Assembly (NCBI RefSeq): GCF_963921235.1
Contig: NC_086108.1
Coordinates: forward strand, 52,454,001-52,518,000
Length of the DNA: 64,000 nucleotides
Source of the DNA: Mobula hypostoma
Taxonomy: Eukaryota
Direction of reading: 5' to 3'
Both the position numbers and the translations under genes were made by a program. Shown here piece after piece: positions 11,761 through 24,900 of this stretch (its first letter is position 1; every line of letters starts with the position of its first letter). A model generated the notes under the pieces. It had not been told where the DNA came from and ran no database searches. It worked only from the letters and a program-made list of their open reading frames with translations.

Positions 11761-12828
11761 AATGATCTAATAGTATATGACCCATGCCAAGACAAAGTCA
11801 AATTGTCCAGGATCTGAAACTACATCACTGAAGGACTCTTCCACAGCTTGATGAAATGCTGTCTCCTGAAAAGGCAATGTGATAGGTGTCGAATGTCATT
11901 GGATCTATACATTTTGATGTATGGGTAATGAGAGAATAGTCTGAGTCATTTATGGTACTGGGTAATTAACCTGGCTTTACTTCAACTCCCCTTCTACTCT
12001 TTTTCTATGTGTATTATCCAAACTGGATTTCCGATCATGAGGCCAATTCTGCAGCTTTCATTTATTATCTTAGTGACTCTCTTTCGTTACAGCACATTCC
12101 AAAAGATACTGTAGAATGTAAAGCAGAACAGAAAACTTTCTTACGACCACAACATCAAAGTGGTCAGATGCCCCTACAAGCAATCTCAGTGCAGCAGAGA
12201 CTTCAAATTCACTTCAGCCAAGTACCTCCAGTGTGATAACCAGGAAACAATTTAAATAATAGAGGATGAAAAGGCAGCTAATAACATTGCATCATTATTC
12301 CCTGATTACAAATAACTTGTCAATTAGGATATGTGAAGTTTTTTTTTCTATTCTAAAATGCAACACTTCTCTTGCTGGACTATTTCCAAATTAAAATCCT
12401 GGCATATGCTAAAACTGTTAAAAACCTTGGTAAGATATTTCCATTCTCCTTAAAATTAACAATTTCAAATTCAGCATTTGAACAGTATTGCAATTTTTGT
12501 ACTCACAATAAAAATGTACAAACTTGGTGATGCTGCAGTGCTGAAACCATGAAATCTACATGGATTTTGAGTGGTCATTCAGTCATCTTTTCAGTATTAA
12601 CCATACTCTGCTAGGACATTTACTTGATGCTAAAAGCAACCCCTTCTCTCTTAATAGTTACCTAATTTTTATCTGTGTATTGGATTGCCATAGTTAGTAT
12701 GATGACTGTTCAAAGCTCATGTTTATTTTTCAGTTTAAAGTGCCACTAAAAATCAATAAAGACTGTCACCTTTGCTCAAACTGCTCAACTCCTGGAGTTT
12801 ATTTATGTAAAACATCTGAAAGACTAAC

Positions 12829-12918
12829 CTGATGCTCTGCTGCCATAAGGAAAAGCAAACGTCGCAGGAGTAAAGATAAATGGGACAGCTGGTAACAATC
12901 TCCACAACAAGACTTCAC
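12829..12918 (-). CDS. FIRRM: FIRRM coding exon 16 (VKSCCGDCYQLSHLSLLLRRLLFLMAAEHQ)
   Basis: AG/GTTAGT flanked; matches human IKSCPGECYQL...MAPPHQ. Confidence 0.93.
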
Positions 12919-15900
12919 CTGAAAATAAGATACAACATTAATAAATCAAAAATGTACTAAACCAGAATGGGACTCTTCAAAAGTGATACAATTTTTCAAT
13001 ACCAATTAATACTTGGCTGAAACCTAAAACATAAATAGCAATCCAATATTGATTAATGAAAGCCATTAAAACTTCAAATTCCCCTCTTGATGGGAATGGC
13101 TCCATGGCATATACAGTATACAATATTTCTGAGAGTGTGTAAATAAGTCTTTAATCATAGATGAGATCATCAAATAACTCCATACAAAGAAACCGGGTAG
13201 CATGGATTTCAAAGGCAATGAATGATGTTGGTTGAAAAGTGGACATGGATGACAAGAAAATACTGTAGTTATTTCCTCACAGGACTGATCCAGTGAAAAA
13301 GCTCAAATTTATTTGCCTCTTGATTATTGCATGAATCAACAATAATGTTAGTTAATTGTTACAAACAACTGCAATTAATCTATAACAAACATATGAATCC
13401 TAAGATATTTGTTTCAGAAGAAAATTTAAGAAGTGATTTACTGCAATTAACACTTCGTATTTGCATGATTTCTCTGGGATATTTGTTCAAAAGATTTACC
13501 ATATTCTCAAAGTAGTTCTACAGATTTGTTTACTTAAATCTGTACTTCAAGATTTTTTGGTTTAAATCTTGTGGAGTAAATGACATCGTCACTCGGCTGG
13601 CCAAATGGTTTGACACTAAATTGTAATCTACATGTTTTCAGGAAATTCCTGAGAAACAGACAAATAGTGCAAATGAAAATCTGTCAGCATTTCAGGCTGT
13701 AGTCAGAATTTGTAAAATGGACTTTTTTAAAACAAAGAATGCCCTTTAATGTGACTAGTATAAAAGTAAAGTATCGCACCTGCTGGAAATCGAAAAAATA
13801 AAAATGAAAAAGCAGTCAGGCAACAGCGGAAGAGACAGAAATGTAATCATAGGAATTAAATTCCTACACTCGGAAGAAGATATGACATATTTTAAGCGGG
13901 TACTACTGTGTCTAAGTGAGTGCCTTTCAGTTTTTATAAACCTCTCTCTTAGCCCTTATGCAATATAGCTATCTCACAGCTATCTGGACTATTCCTCTTC
14001 TCACCCTGTCTCTTGCAAAAACGCCATCCCCTTCTCGCAATTCCTCCGTCTCCGCCGCATCTGCTCTCAGGATGCGGCTTTTCATTCTAGGACGAGGGAG
14101 ATGTCTTCCTTTTTTAAAGAAAGGGGCTTCCCTTCCTCCACTTATTAACTCTGCTCTTAAACGCATCTCCCCCATTTCACGTACATCTGCTCTCACTCCA
14201 TCCTCCCGCCACCCCACTAGCAATAGGGTTCCCCTGGTCCTCACCTACCACCCCACCAGCCTCCGGGTCCAACATATTATTCTCCGTAACTTCCGCCACC
14301 TCCAACGGGATCCCACCACTAAGCACATCTTTCCCTCCCCCTTCTCTCTGCTTTCCGCAGGGATCGCTCCCTACGCAACTCCCTTGTCCATTTGTCCCCC
14401 CCATCCCTCCCCACTGATCTCCCTCCTGGCACTTATCCGTGTAAGCAGAACAAGTGCTACACATGCCCTTACACTTCCTCCCTTACCACCATTCAGGGCC
14501 CCAAACAGTCCTTCCAGGTGAGGCAACACTTCACCTGTGAGTCGGCTGGGGTGATATACTGCGTCCGGTGCTCCCGATGTGGCCTTTTATATATTGGCGA
14601 GACCTGACGCAGACTGGGAGACCACTTTGCTGAACACCTACGCTCTGTCTGCCAGAGAAAGCAGGATCTCCCAGTGGCCACACAGTTTAATTCCACATCC
14701 CATTCCCATTCTGACATGTCTATCCACGGCTTCCTCTACTGTAAAGATGAAGCCACACTCAGGTTGGAGGAACAACACCTTATATTCCGTCTGGGTAGCC
14801 TCCAACCTGATGGCATGAACATCGACTTCTCTAACTTCCGCTAATGCCCCACCTCCCCCTCGTACCCCATCTGTTACTTATTTTTATACACACATTCTTT
14901 CTCTCACTCTCTTTTTTCTCCCTCTGTCCCTCTGAATATACCCCTTGCCCATCCTCTGGGTCCCCCCGCCCCCCTTGTCTTTCTTCCCGGACCTCCTGTC
15001 CCATGATCCTCTCGTATCCCCTTTTGCCTATCACCTGTCCAGCTCTTGGCTCTATCCCTCCCCCTCCTGTCTTCTCCTATCATTTTGGATCTCCCCCTCC
15101 CCCTCCAACTTTCAAATCCCTTACTCACTCTTCCTTCAGTTAGTCCTGACAAAGGGTCTCAGCCTGAAACATCGACTGTACCTCTTCCTAGAGATGCTGC
15201 CTGGCCTGCTGCGTTCACCAGCAACTTTTATGTGTGTTGCTTGAATTTCCAGCATCTGCAGAATTCCTGTTGTTAGCTATCTGAAAACCTCATTTGGTTT
15301 AAATTGCCAGGCAATTACCAGGAGACCAACTAGCCTAAGTGGAGGATCACTCACATGGACTGTTCATACCATCTCAACCAAATAAAGGTATGCTAATATA
15401 TACAATTAAAATCTATCCTGGCTACAGTTAATCTGAATCTGATTGAAGCATTTATAATTTTCTTTATCCAATCATTGTCTTAAATTTGAGAATGTCACAC
15501 ATGCTGTTAATCTGTTTAAAGATAAAACGTAAAATGTTGATTAACAACAGTGGAAAGATTCAGTAACACTAAGCCGATCACTAACCTGGACAGTACTGAA
15601 TAAAGGTGATATGGCAAGCCCAATCCCCATTATTCTATCATAATTAACATTCAACCTGATCAAACCCAATATAGTCAGGCCCTATACCCAAGTAATATTT
15701 TTACTAACTGAGCAAAATTGTAAACAACTTCTTCTACCTTTGAGTCCAAAACAGCACCAAACCCTCATTTATTTAAGATATATATTTCACTGCAGCAATT
15801 TCAGAAAATCAAAATAGAAACAAATTTTGGCTACTGACTGTATTTATGGCTTTTGGGAGTGGAGGAAATTAGAAGGAAATGAAAACAAATTTTGAAATAT

Positions 15901-18900
15901 TTCAATGTTTCATGCATAAAATAGCAATTCCCCTATTTTTCCATTCATCATTTCAATGCTTCAATCAAATAAATAAAAAAATGAGGCAGTTCGATTTTTT
16001 TTTGGGTTCTGGGCATTGCTAGCAAGTATAGCATTTATTGTTCATTCTTAAATGCTCTCTAGAAGAAGTTGGTGAGTCACCTTCTGAATTGCTGCTGGTC
16101 TTCTGGTGGAGGTTCTGAATAATAGGCAAAGTGTCATTAGGAAGGGAAGCCAGGATGAAGCATCAGTGATATTTTCCAAGTCTGGTAGGTGTGCAATTGG
16201 GGGTACAACCTGCAGGTGGTATTATCTGCTGCCCTTGTCCTTCTTGGTGGTGGAGATCCCAGATTTTGAAGGTGCTATTGTGGTAACCTAAGCAAGTTGC
16301 TGGGCTGCATTTTGTAGATGATATGCACTGCATCTACTGTGACACCAGTGACAGAGTGAATGAATGTTTAGAGTGGTGGATGGAGTTCCACTAAAGCGGT
16401 CTGCTTTAGTCTGAAGGTTGTCCAGATCTCACTGCATCATTTACTACAGATATGAGAATGAAATTCAGTGAAAATCCCAACTCAGTTGTAAAATACATTT
16501 TGCAAACTGCATACCAAGTCACATCACTTCACACACTATCTTAATATGGTTTTGTTTGCTTACCAGGTCAGCTACGAGGGAGACGTGATGAGCACAAAGA
16601 TCAGCACTTCCATACCTGTAAGTGAAAAAATATTACAGACTAGGAATCTACCACTAACAAAAACTGCTCCAATTCATTAATTTTTCCAACAAATTCCATG
16701 TCCCGTGACAGTTAAATGGAACTATCTAACCTCCACTTAATGCTCTGAGAACTTAAATTTATTACAGTATGTCTAGAAGAATTTTTTTAATATGTTAAAA
16801 GGAGCAGATTGAAAGGATTTGTGTAAATTACCAATCTGGTTATAATTTCATTTGCAGTACCTACCGTGCAAGAAAGCACCAAGTATCTGAAGCCAACAAA
16901 GCAGTTAATATATGAGGACCAAGTACGCCATCTAATAAAGAGCATTCCTGTAACAAAAATAAATTAGTAGTATACCGACTTCAGTTTTAAAAATAAGTTC
17001 AAGTAATGGAAATTTATAGCAATCTCAGAGTATCCTAATGTGCTTTACGTCCAAAAATGTACTTTAAGTATAGTCACTCTCATAATTCCAACTAATGCAA
17101 CTACCAATTGGCACATGAGTCTCAAGGAGAGCAGTCAAAATAATGACCAAACTCCTTTTTGTGAGGTTGGTTGAGGTATGAATATTGGTCAGGAAGTTCT
17201 CACATTTGTTTCCTTTAAACTGTGCCATGAGATCTTTTATGCTTGCACCCCAAGGGTATATGGGGCTTTTTTTTATCCCCACGCCCCAAAAGTACTTCTA
17301 ACAGATCAACCTCCTTCCACGTAGGAAAATGTCATTCTAGAATACATGTTCGATTTTGTAGAGTATGAAACTCTTTTATTCAAGGATAATAGTGTTAGCT
17401 GTGAACTAAGGCATTCAATTAGACCAAAGTACTGAGGAATAGAGCTGGAAATCACGTCTGCAATCTGTCAATGAATGGATGATCGCAAATGTAAACGTAT
17501 ATTATACCCCACATTCAGTTCAAGTGCACCGTCTCAAAGCAAAATGATGAAATAAAACATGCCATTTAAAATACAGGAATAATGTTGAAAGATGTGCCAG
17601 GACAAGTATGTTTTTGGTAAAATATTGCCAGTGTAATGTTTACACATCAGTTTGGACAAGTGACTCAGCATTACATGACATCAAAAATTGTGACCCTAGA
17701 CCACAGGTTCCCAACCTTTTTTATGCCATGGACACCTCTTAGGACAAATAGAGATAACACTCAAAATGACTTCAATAAAAATTAAAAACCATTCAAAACA
17801 AATCTGGAATGCTAGATAATTTTCCAATTACAATGATATAACAATGACATAAAATTAAAACAATTAAGTACATTTAAACCAAATGAATGATCAAGCAATT
17901 AAGAGTTATGAGGGACTGGCATCGAAGAGGAGCAGAGGCCAGTATAACCAGCAAATCTATAATGAATAGTGGGTGGGGGGGAGGGTCTGGTGACCAAGGA
18001 CAGCATAAGGTTGGTCACTAGCAAAAGTGATAGAGTGATAGAGATATCACTGATAATTAAAGTGATAGAGTATCACTGATAATTAATGCCTGCAGCTACA
18101 ATGGTTTAAGTCACCTGCAAAGGAATGGACAAACCTGACAGATGTGCAAGCACATAGGTAGAAAATCTGTCCCAGTAAGTTACCGGTCCTTCCCAGGTAA
18201 TGAACACTGGATTTATGGACAGCAAGTACCTATGAACTAGCATTTAGGAGGTCATTGGAACGGATGGGGATGGATTTCCTGGCCATTGCCAGGTAGAAAC
18301 AGGGCACTTTTACACCACCTCCCAAGCCACAACAATTGGGGACTTGTTGAGCCAAACAAAGCTGACAATCACCATTCCTGTGCCTGCTCGCTCTTTCATC
18401 ACAGCTATTTCTGCAATCCACTCCCACACCCAGTTTTTGTTCATTTCTGACTTACAAACAGTTTAATTTCAAAACAGTTCTCAGGAATGGAAATCTGTCA
18501 TAAATTGTGTACTGCCTGGATTATTGATTCATATTTACTAATTCATTTTTAAGGATGTAAGAATTATAGGCAGGAGGAGCTTTGTTACCCATTCCAAGCT
18601 GCCTTTAAGATGGTGGTAGCAAGTCACCTTCTCAACTACAATTATAAAGATAGTTGTACCTTGAACTGCTATCTAAGTGTCTTACTAGAACATGAAAGAC
18701 TGCATTTAAAATTCTAAAGATTTAGAGTCACAATGGTCCAGAACAGGCAAGGGTAGCAAATTTCCCCTCCTGAAAGACATTCCTAAAAATACAGCTAGTT
18801 CACTAAAATCTACTAATGTTGTGATCATCATTATTAAACTTACTTTTAAAAGCAAAATTAATTCAGGATTTTTAAACAGAAATTAAATTCCACAGCTGCC

Positions 18901-21900
18901 ATTGGGATTTGAATTGCATCCATGCAAATGTTGTGCAGTGTTGTCCTTTGTGTGGGGCCAGCCTCCGGCGGTCGTGGTCAACCATGGGTACTGCGCCTCT
19001 GGTAGTCACTGGTTTGTCGAGCAGCGTCGACTGTGGCTATTGAGGCTGATACTGGAACGGCAGGCTCTGCCACAGTTGCTGCATGTGTAGGGCGTCGTGG
19101 AATTGTTGTCTGCTGTCCGCTGTGCCCTCCATTTAGCTCGCTGCTCCTCAAACTGACTCAGGATCACTCGTTCACCTTGCTCTAGGTGCTGCTGAAGAGT
19201 ACCTCGCCATTAGTTGCGGTCATCTGCTGTATCCTCTCAGCACTCTGTGTTGATTTTTAAGGCTTTCATGTCGCGCTTGCAGAAGTCCTTGAAACAAAGC
19301 TGGGGTCTACCAACATTCCTCTTGTCCGTTCTCCGTAGAGGATGTCCTTTGGCAGTCTACCATCCTTCATACGACGGACGTGGCCCAGCCAGCGTAGTCT
19401 GCGTTGTCTTAAAAGTGTGAACATTGTGGAAAGTCCAGCACAGGAGAGGACTTCAGAGTTTGGGACTTTGTCCAATATATCAATGTATCAACAACAATTT
19501 TTTTGCAGGGACAAGAAACGAGAAAAAAAAACTATAACAAATAAAAGTGATTTAACTCGATAAACTGTGAAATTTTTCATTTGTCTCAGAACTCAGTACG
19601 AGTCTTCAAGAAAAATACTGTGAATACTTAAGATACATTTTAAAGAAATGTTGATGCGAGTATTACTTTTAATTATCACTACTCTCTGATAAATTTTGTA
19701 AAATATAGTACCTGCATCATAAATTAGCAATATATCAATTAAACATGAACATTCATGTTCATTCATGGCTTTGAAGACAATATCAATTTCTTTGGAGGTG
19801 CAAAATGCAAGGAAAGAAAGCTCCTTTTCAAAACAGTTCAAACACTGGAACATGTATTTTAAGTAAAAACTTACTCACCAGCTCTGGAAAATAAGTCGAC
19901 GGAATGGATGTGATAAAAGAGCATAAGTGAGTGCATACATATTCATACAAACTGACACTTTGTTGAGCCTGCCCCTTACTCGTCACACCTGGCAGCTGGA
20001 TTGGCACAGAAAGTTCCGCATGACACCTCTGTAAGTTACGAAACAATGCATGGAACAAAGGTAGACTGAAATCAAAGGAAAAGATAGAGATTAGGTTCTA
20101 ATATAGAAAACATTTCTAACCCTTAACCTTGTCCATTACATGTCATGTTAGCATATTGCTGCTGAAAACAGTTATTAATATTGCTCAAAGTCATGTAATT
20201 CTCACAGAATATCAGAAGAGTACAATACTAAAATCGTTTCATATTCGGTTAATTACAGTCCTGGAATTACAGTTGTCTGACACATAATTCAGACAAAGTG
20301 GTGGTAATTCAATCTATGGTTTTCTATTTCAGTGAAGGTTGTTTTTTTTATATAAAGGTTTGAGAATAATGTCCTCCAAGTTGCTATTGACTGTGAGAGA
20401 TATATGGATCAGAAGACAGCAAAACTAACAAAATTCCTGGGTACCAAAGCAGTTCAAACAGAGTTTAATGATAGCTCAGTTTCCTACCATTCCTGCATGA
20501 AAATTACATGTCACAGGTATGCCATATAGAAAGAAAAAGATGATCTATAATTCTATATTATACTCTGAAGAACCGGTTCACAGTACTGTTTGTGATTTTT
20601 ACACCAATGTTTATTGCTGTATCTTAATTATTAATTACATACAGTATTATACAAATGAGTTACAAGAACCTTAAACAATCTCATACAAAACTCTTAATGG
20701 TAACTCAAGCTCAGCTCAAATTATTTTAAGATTGATTTTCAAAATCTTTTGCAATATTCTTGCATGTTTTAATCTAACCATTAAAATAAAAATGGTAGAT
20801 GTTAAGGATTTTAATTGAATACTTCTCATTTGTATTTATCATGGAGAAGGACATGAAAGTTCATAAGTTCTGAGAAGAAAACAACATTATCCTGAAACGC
20901 AGGCATTTTGAAAGAAGAGGTGTTGGTAGTCATAAATTGCACAGGTGGACAAGCAGAGAAGACAGGAGAATGGTTAATGTTGTGCTTTTAGGATCCAGTG
21001 CTTTCCTGACGTATATGATTAATAAACTCTTCTCAGGCTTCCAGACGGGTACAGGTATCAATTTTAACCAGCATTTCGATAACAAACTTTGCCACCTTCA
21101 TCAGGGAGGATGCCGAGGCATGTCTAGTCCGGTGGTATATACACGCCTGTCATCCATCCCTCTGGACTGGTTAAACCTCATTTAATCCAGATTCCGCTGT
21201 CCCACCTCCCACCTTGTTTACAATCGAATTCCAGTTCTTTCTTACAGCGAGATCTTTGTCCTTGTTAAAATTCTTTTCCTCTGGTTTTATTTCAATAGTT
21301 TTCTTCACCAGGCGGTTCCAAAAACCATTGCCGTGGCACAGTAGTTTTGTGCCATCGAAGTCAATTCTATGGCCATTGCAGATGGCTACCACCGTTTTCT
21401 CTGGGTAACCCAAACGGAAACACCTCCTATGCTCCGTGATGCAGGTTTCCACCATGCACCCCGTCTGGCCGATATATGCTGCTCCACATTCACAGGGAGT
21501 CCTGTAAATGCCAGCCATCCTGAGTCCCAGGTCACTTTTGATCTGCACAAACTGTACCCGGCTAGAAGCCCAAGGACAATTTATTCATTGCGTTTTAGTT
21601 AATAAGAGCTGCAAACCAAGTCAGGAACTATGGAGCATTAGTGGTGGAAACATGGGAATTCTGAGATACAAGATTAATTTGCATTTAGAAAGACAAGGAC
21701 TGAATAGGGATAACTAGCCTGACTTTATTTGTGGGAAATCACATCTCAAAACTTAATGAATTATTAAGAAAAGGTGACTAAGAGGACAGATGAGGGCAGG
21801 GTGGTAGATGTTGTCTAAATGGACTTTAACAAGGCCTTTGACAAACCTGCAAGATTATAACACATGGAATCCAGGGTGAGTTAGCCAACTGAATACAAAA

Positions 21901-24900
21901 TTACCTTGGTGGTAGGAGGTAGAGTATGGTAGTGGAAAAGAGCTTTTTAGATTTAAGGCCTGTGACCAGAGGGGCGCCACAGGGATTAGTGCTAGTTCCA
22001 CCATTCTTTGCCATAAATAAGATTTGGATGAGAATGCAGGTGGCATCATTAGTAAGTTTACAGACAACATCAGAATTGGTGGTAAGTGGACAGTGAGGAG
22101 TGTTTTCTCACATTATAGTGGGATATTAATCAACTGAGGGTAAAGGAACGGCAGATGTAATTTAACTTAGATAAACATTTTGGGAAGTTAAGCTCGAGCA
22201 GGACAAACACAGTAAATGGCAGGGCCATCGGGAGTATTTGCTGAACAGAGCAACGTATAGGTACAAATACTTAGTTCCCCGAAAGTGGTGACAGAGGTAC
22301 TGACACACTTGTCTTCAGCAGATGGGGATGGGACATTGATACAGTAAAATAAAATGTTGTTTAGACCTCAGATGGAATATCGTGTACACTTCTGGTTGCC
22401 ACACTATAGGAAATGTATGATTAAGACAAGATTCACAAAGATGTTGTGGAGACTGAGGTTTTTTGTTATAGGATGGGATTGGATTAGATGGCACTGTTTT
22501 CCCTGAAGCAAATGAGGCTGAGAGGTGATTTTATGGAGGAATATAAAATCATGTGGGGCATAGATAGAGTAGATAGCTACAGTCCTTCTCCAATATGAGA
22601 GGGCAAATATTTAAATGGGATTTGAGGGGCACCTTTATCCCCCCACACAGAAGGAAGTGGGTACAAGAAATAAGCTGCCAGGGAAACTGGTAGATGTTGT
22701 TACAATTACAATGTTTAGACAGGTACATGGATAAGAGAGGGTTTGATGGATATAGGTCAAATGTATAAGCTCAGGTTGGCATCTTGGCCTGCATAAAGGA
22801 GTTGTATCAGTGGGCCTGTTTCCCTGCTGTAATCCTTAATGACTTTAAGTAAATGCTCACCAATATCGTTCTATTTAGCACTGTTGACTGCATGTCAGTA
22901 GCCTTCCTTTACTGGAAATGTCTAAGCTCAGAAGAGGTCACCAACTAATCAACGGCCAATCAATTTTACAGTTAATAGGTTTTTCGTTCAGCAGCATGGC
23001 TTCAATTCAGGATCAAATCTTAAATATTAGCAAACAGAGCAGATGTTCTGAAGATCAGAAGATATAATAGCCAGCACATCATATATAATTCAATATCATC
23101 TGCATTCCCTGCAATATCATGTGCATTCATCCACTGAGTTAAAGTATGTTCAGTCCACTAAAGAAATTAAACAACAGCTAATATGTTGTTCAATGTATGT
23201 ATTAATGAAGCATTATCCAAAGGTATGCAGATGCTCTTTATGATTGCCTGCATTTCTTAATACAACTAAACTGCCAGCTTTGGTTCTGTTTTCTATTATT
23301 GGTAGAGTAGCAGACCTCACCTTGGCTTTTCATCTGAAAACTGGCTACCAGAACACCAGAGGCTTTGAACTTCCTCAGACTGTGAAGGAAGCTTGTCCAT
23401 GATGTTAATCAATAGTAAACATTGTGGAAAGACCAGCTCAGAACAGGAATCTTAACATGAAAGAAAGCACACACTTAGCAAAATATCATTACCAAAATAA
23501 TAAGTGGCTGAAGCAAATTCAACAAGCTTTAACACAAAATTATGCAGTTTTCCCAGTACCTGTGCCAGCTTGACATAGTGAAACTGCAGTAGACCCACTG
23601 ATCTCAAAAGCGAAGAAACGTGGCAAACAGAAGGACAATATCCATTTCATTTAATATAAAATTAATTTAAATGTAATTGTTTTTAATTACTTCTCACTTT
23701 TCTAATCTCTTAAAAATAATTTGACATATAGATAACAGTTACTCTTAATGACAACTTTTATAGCTGTGGGTAAGGCCTCATCTGCTAGTCTGGCAATCCA
23801 GAGATGCCAAGATCGTTAGACATGCTCAGAGGCTTTGTGCTATCCTTTGAGCCATGCAAATCAGCTGGAGGCAGATTACCTATGGAAGACTGAGCCCAAA
23901 GACCTACAACAAGGTTAACAGAAGAACTGGCCCATTATTTTAATTGTGTCACTTAAAGTACATACTACAATCAAAATGCATAGTGACAACAAAGTAAAAT
24001 GTTTTCAATTTATAGATTAATGAAATACAATAGACAAATGGCACAAGTGATGGAATCCACTGTTATTGCACAGCTGTCAGGACTTTCACTACCTGCTTCT
24101 TATTCATACTAAGGTACCTTTGACTCAACAGAATCGGAAACCCAATGACTGTAAACTCTAAACAAAGACTCAAAAAGTGAAAATGAACCATTAATTTTAT
24201 AAACCAAGGACTTCAGAATTATTCAAATTTGAATGCCTCTTGCAATTATGTACATTTTTTAAATCATAGTGTTTGAAAGCATCTGTACCATCGGGAAGGA
24301 GGTACAGAAGCCTGAAAGCACACACACAGCAATTCAGGAACAGCCTCTTCCCCTCTGCCATCTGATTTCTGAATGGACACTGAACCTGTGAACACTACTT
24401 CACTACTTTTTTACTTGTTTTTGCATTACTTATTTAACTATTTAAAAGACATATATATACTTAACGTAATTCAGTTTTTCCCCCCTCTATATTTATTTAT
24501 CATGTATTTCATTGTACTGCTGCCGTAAAGTTACCAAATTTCACGACATGCCGGTGATATTAAACCTGATTTTGATGGGCTCAGGGCCAAGACCAATTAT
24601 TCTGAAAAATACAAATAAGCTGTATAGCTGATCTGTATTATCTCAGAAAATTACATTTTCCCTATCCTCATTGATAGGCGAAGATTGTTGATATGTTTCA
24701 GTAATATTTTCATCAGTAGCTCCTGTTTTCCAACTGTGATGAAGGCTTCTCTTCATTAAAGGAAAAGTTGTTTTGCAAATCATATACATTTCTATTCGCA
24801 AGTTTAAATGAAAACTGTAAAATGCAGATTCAACTCAATATTTAGCCTAACCCAGACTATTTATTTGAAAGAGATTAAATCCATGCTAGACCAAAACTCT

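Noticed and set aside
1..12828. Further FIRRM exons (expected ...LWQH... region)
   Set aside because: No matching exon found by eye; probably beyond the window edge, though a diverged exon could have been missed
18024..18085. tetO-like GTGATAGAG...TATCACTGATA repeats
   Set aside because: A local tandem duplication with only partial resemblance to tetO and no vector context
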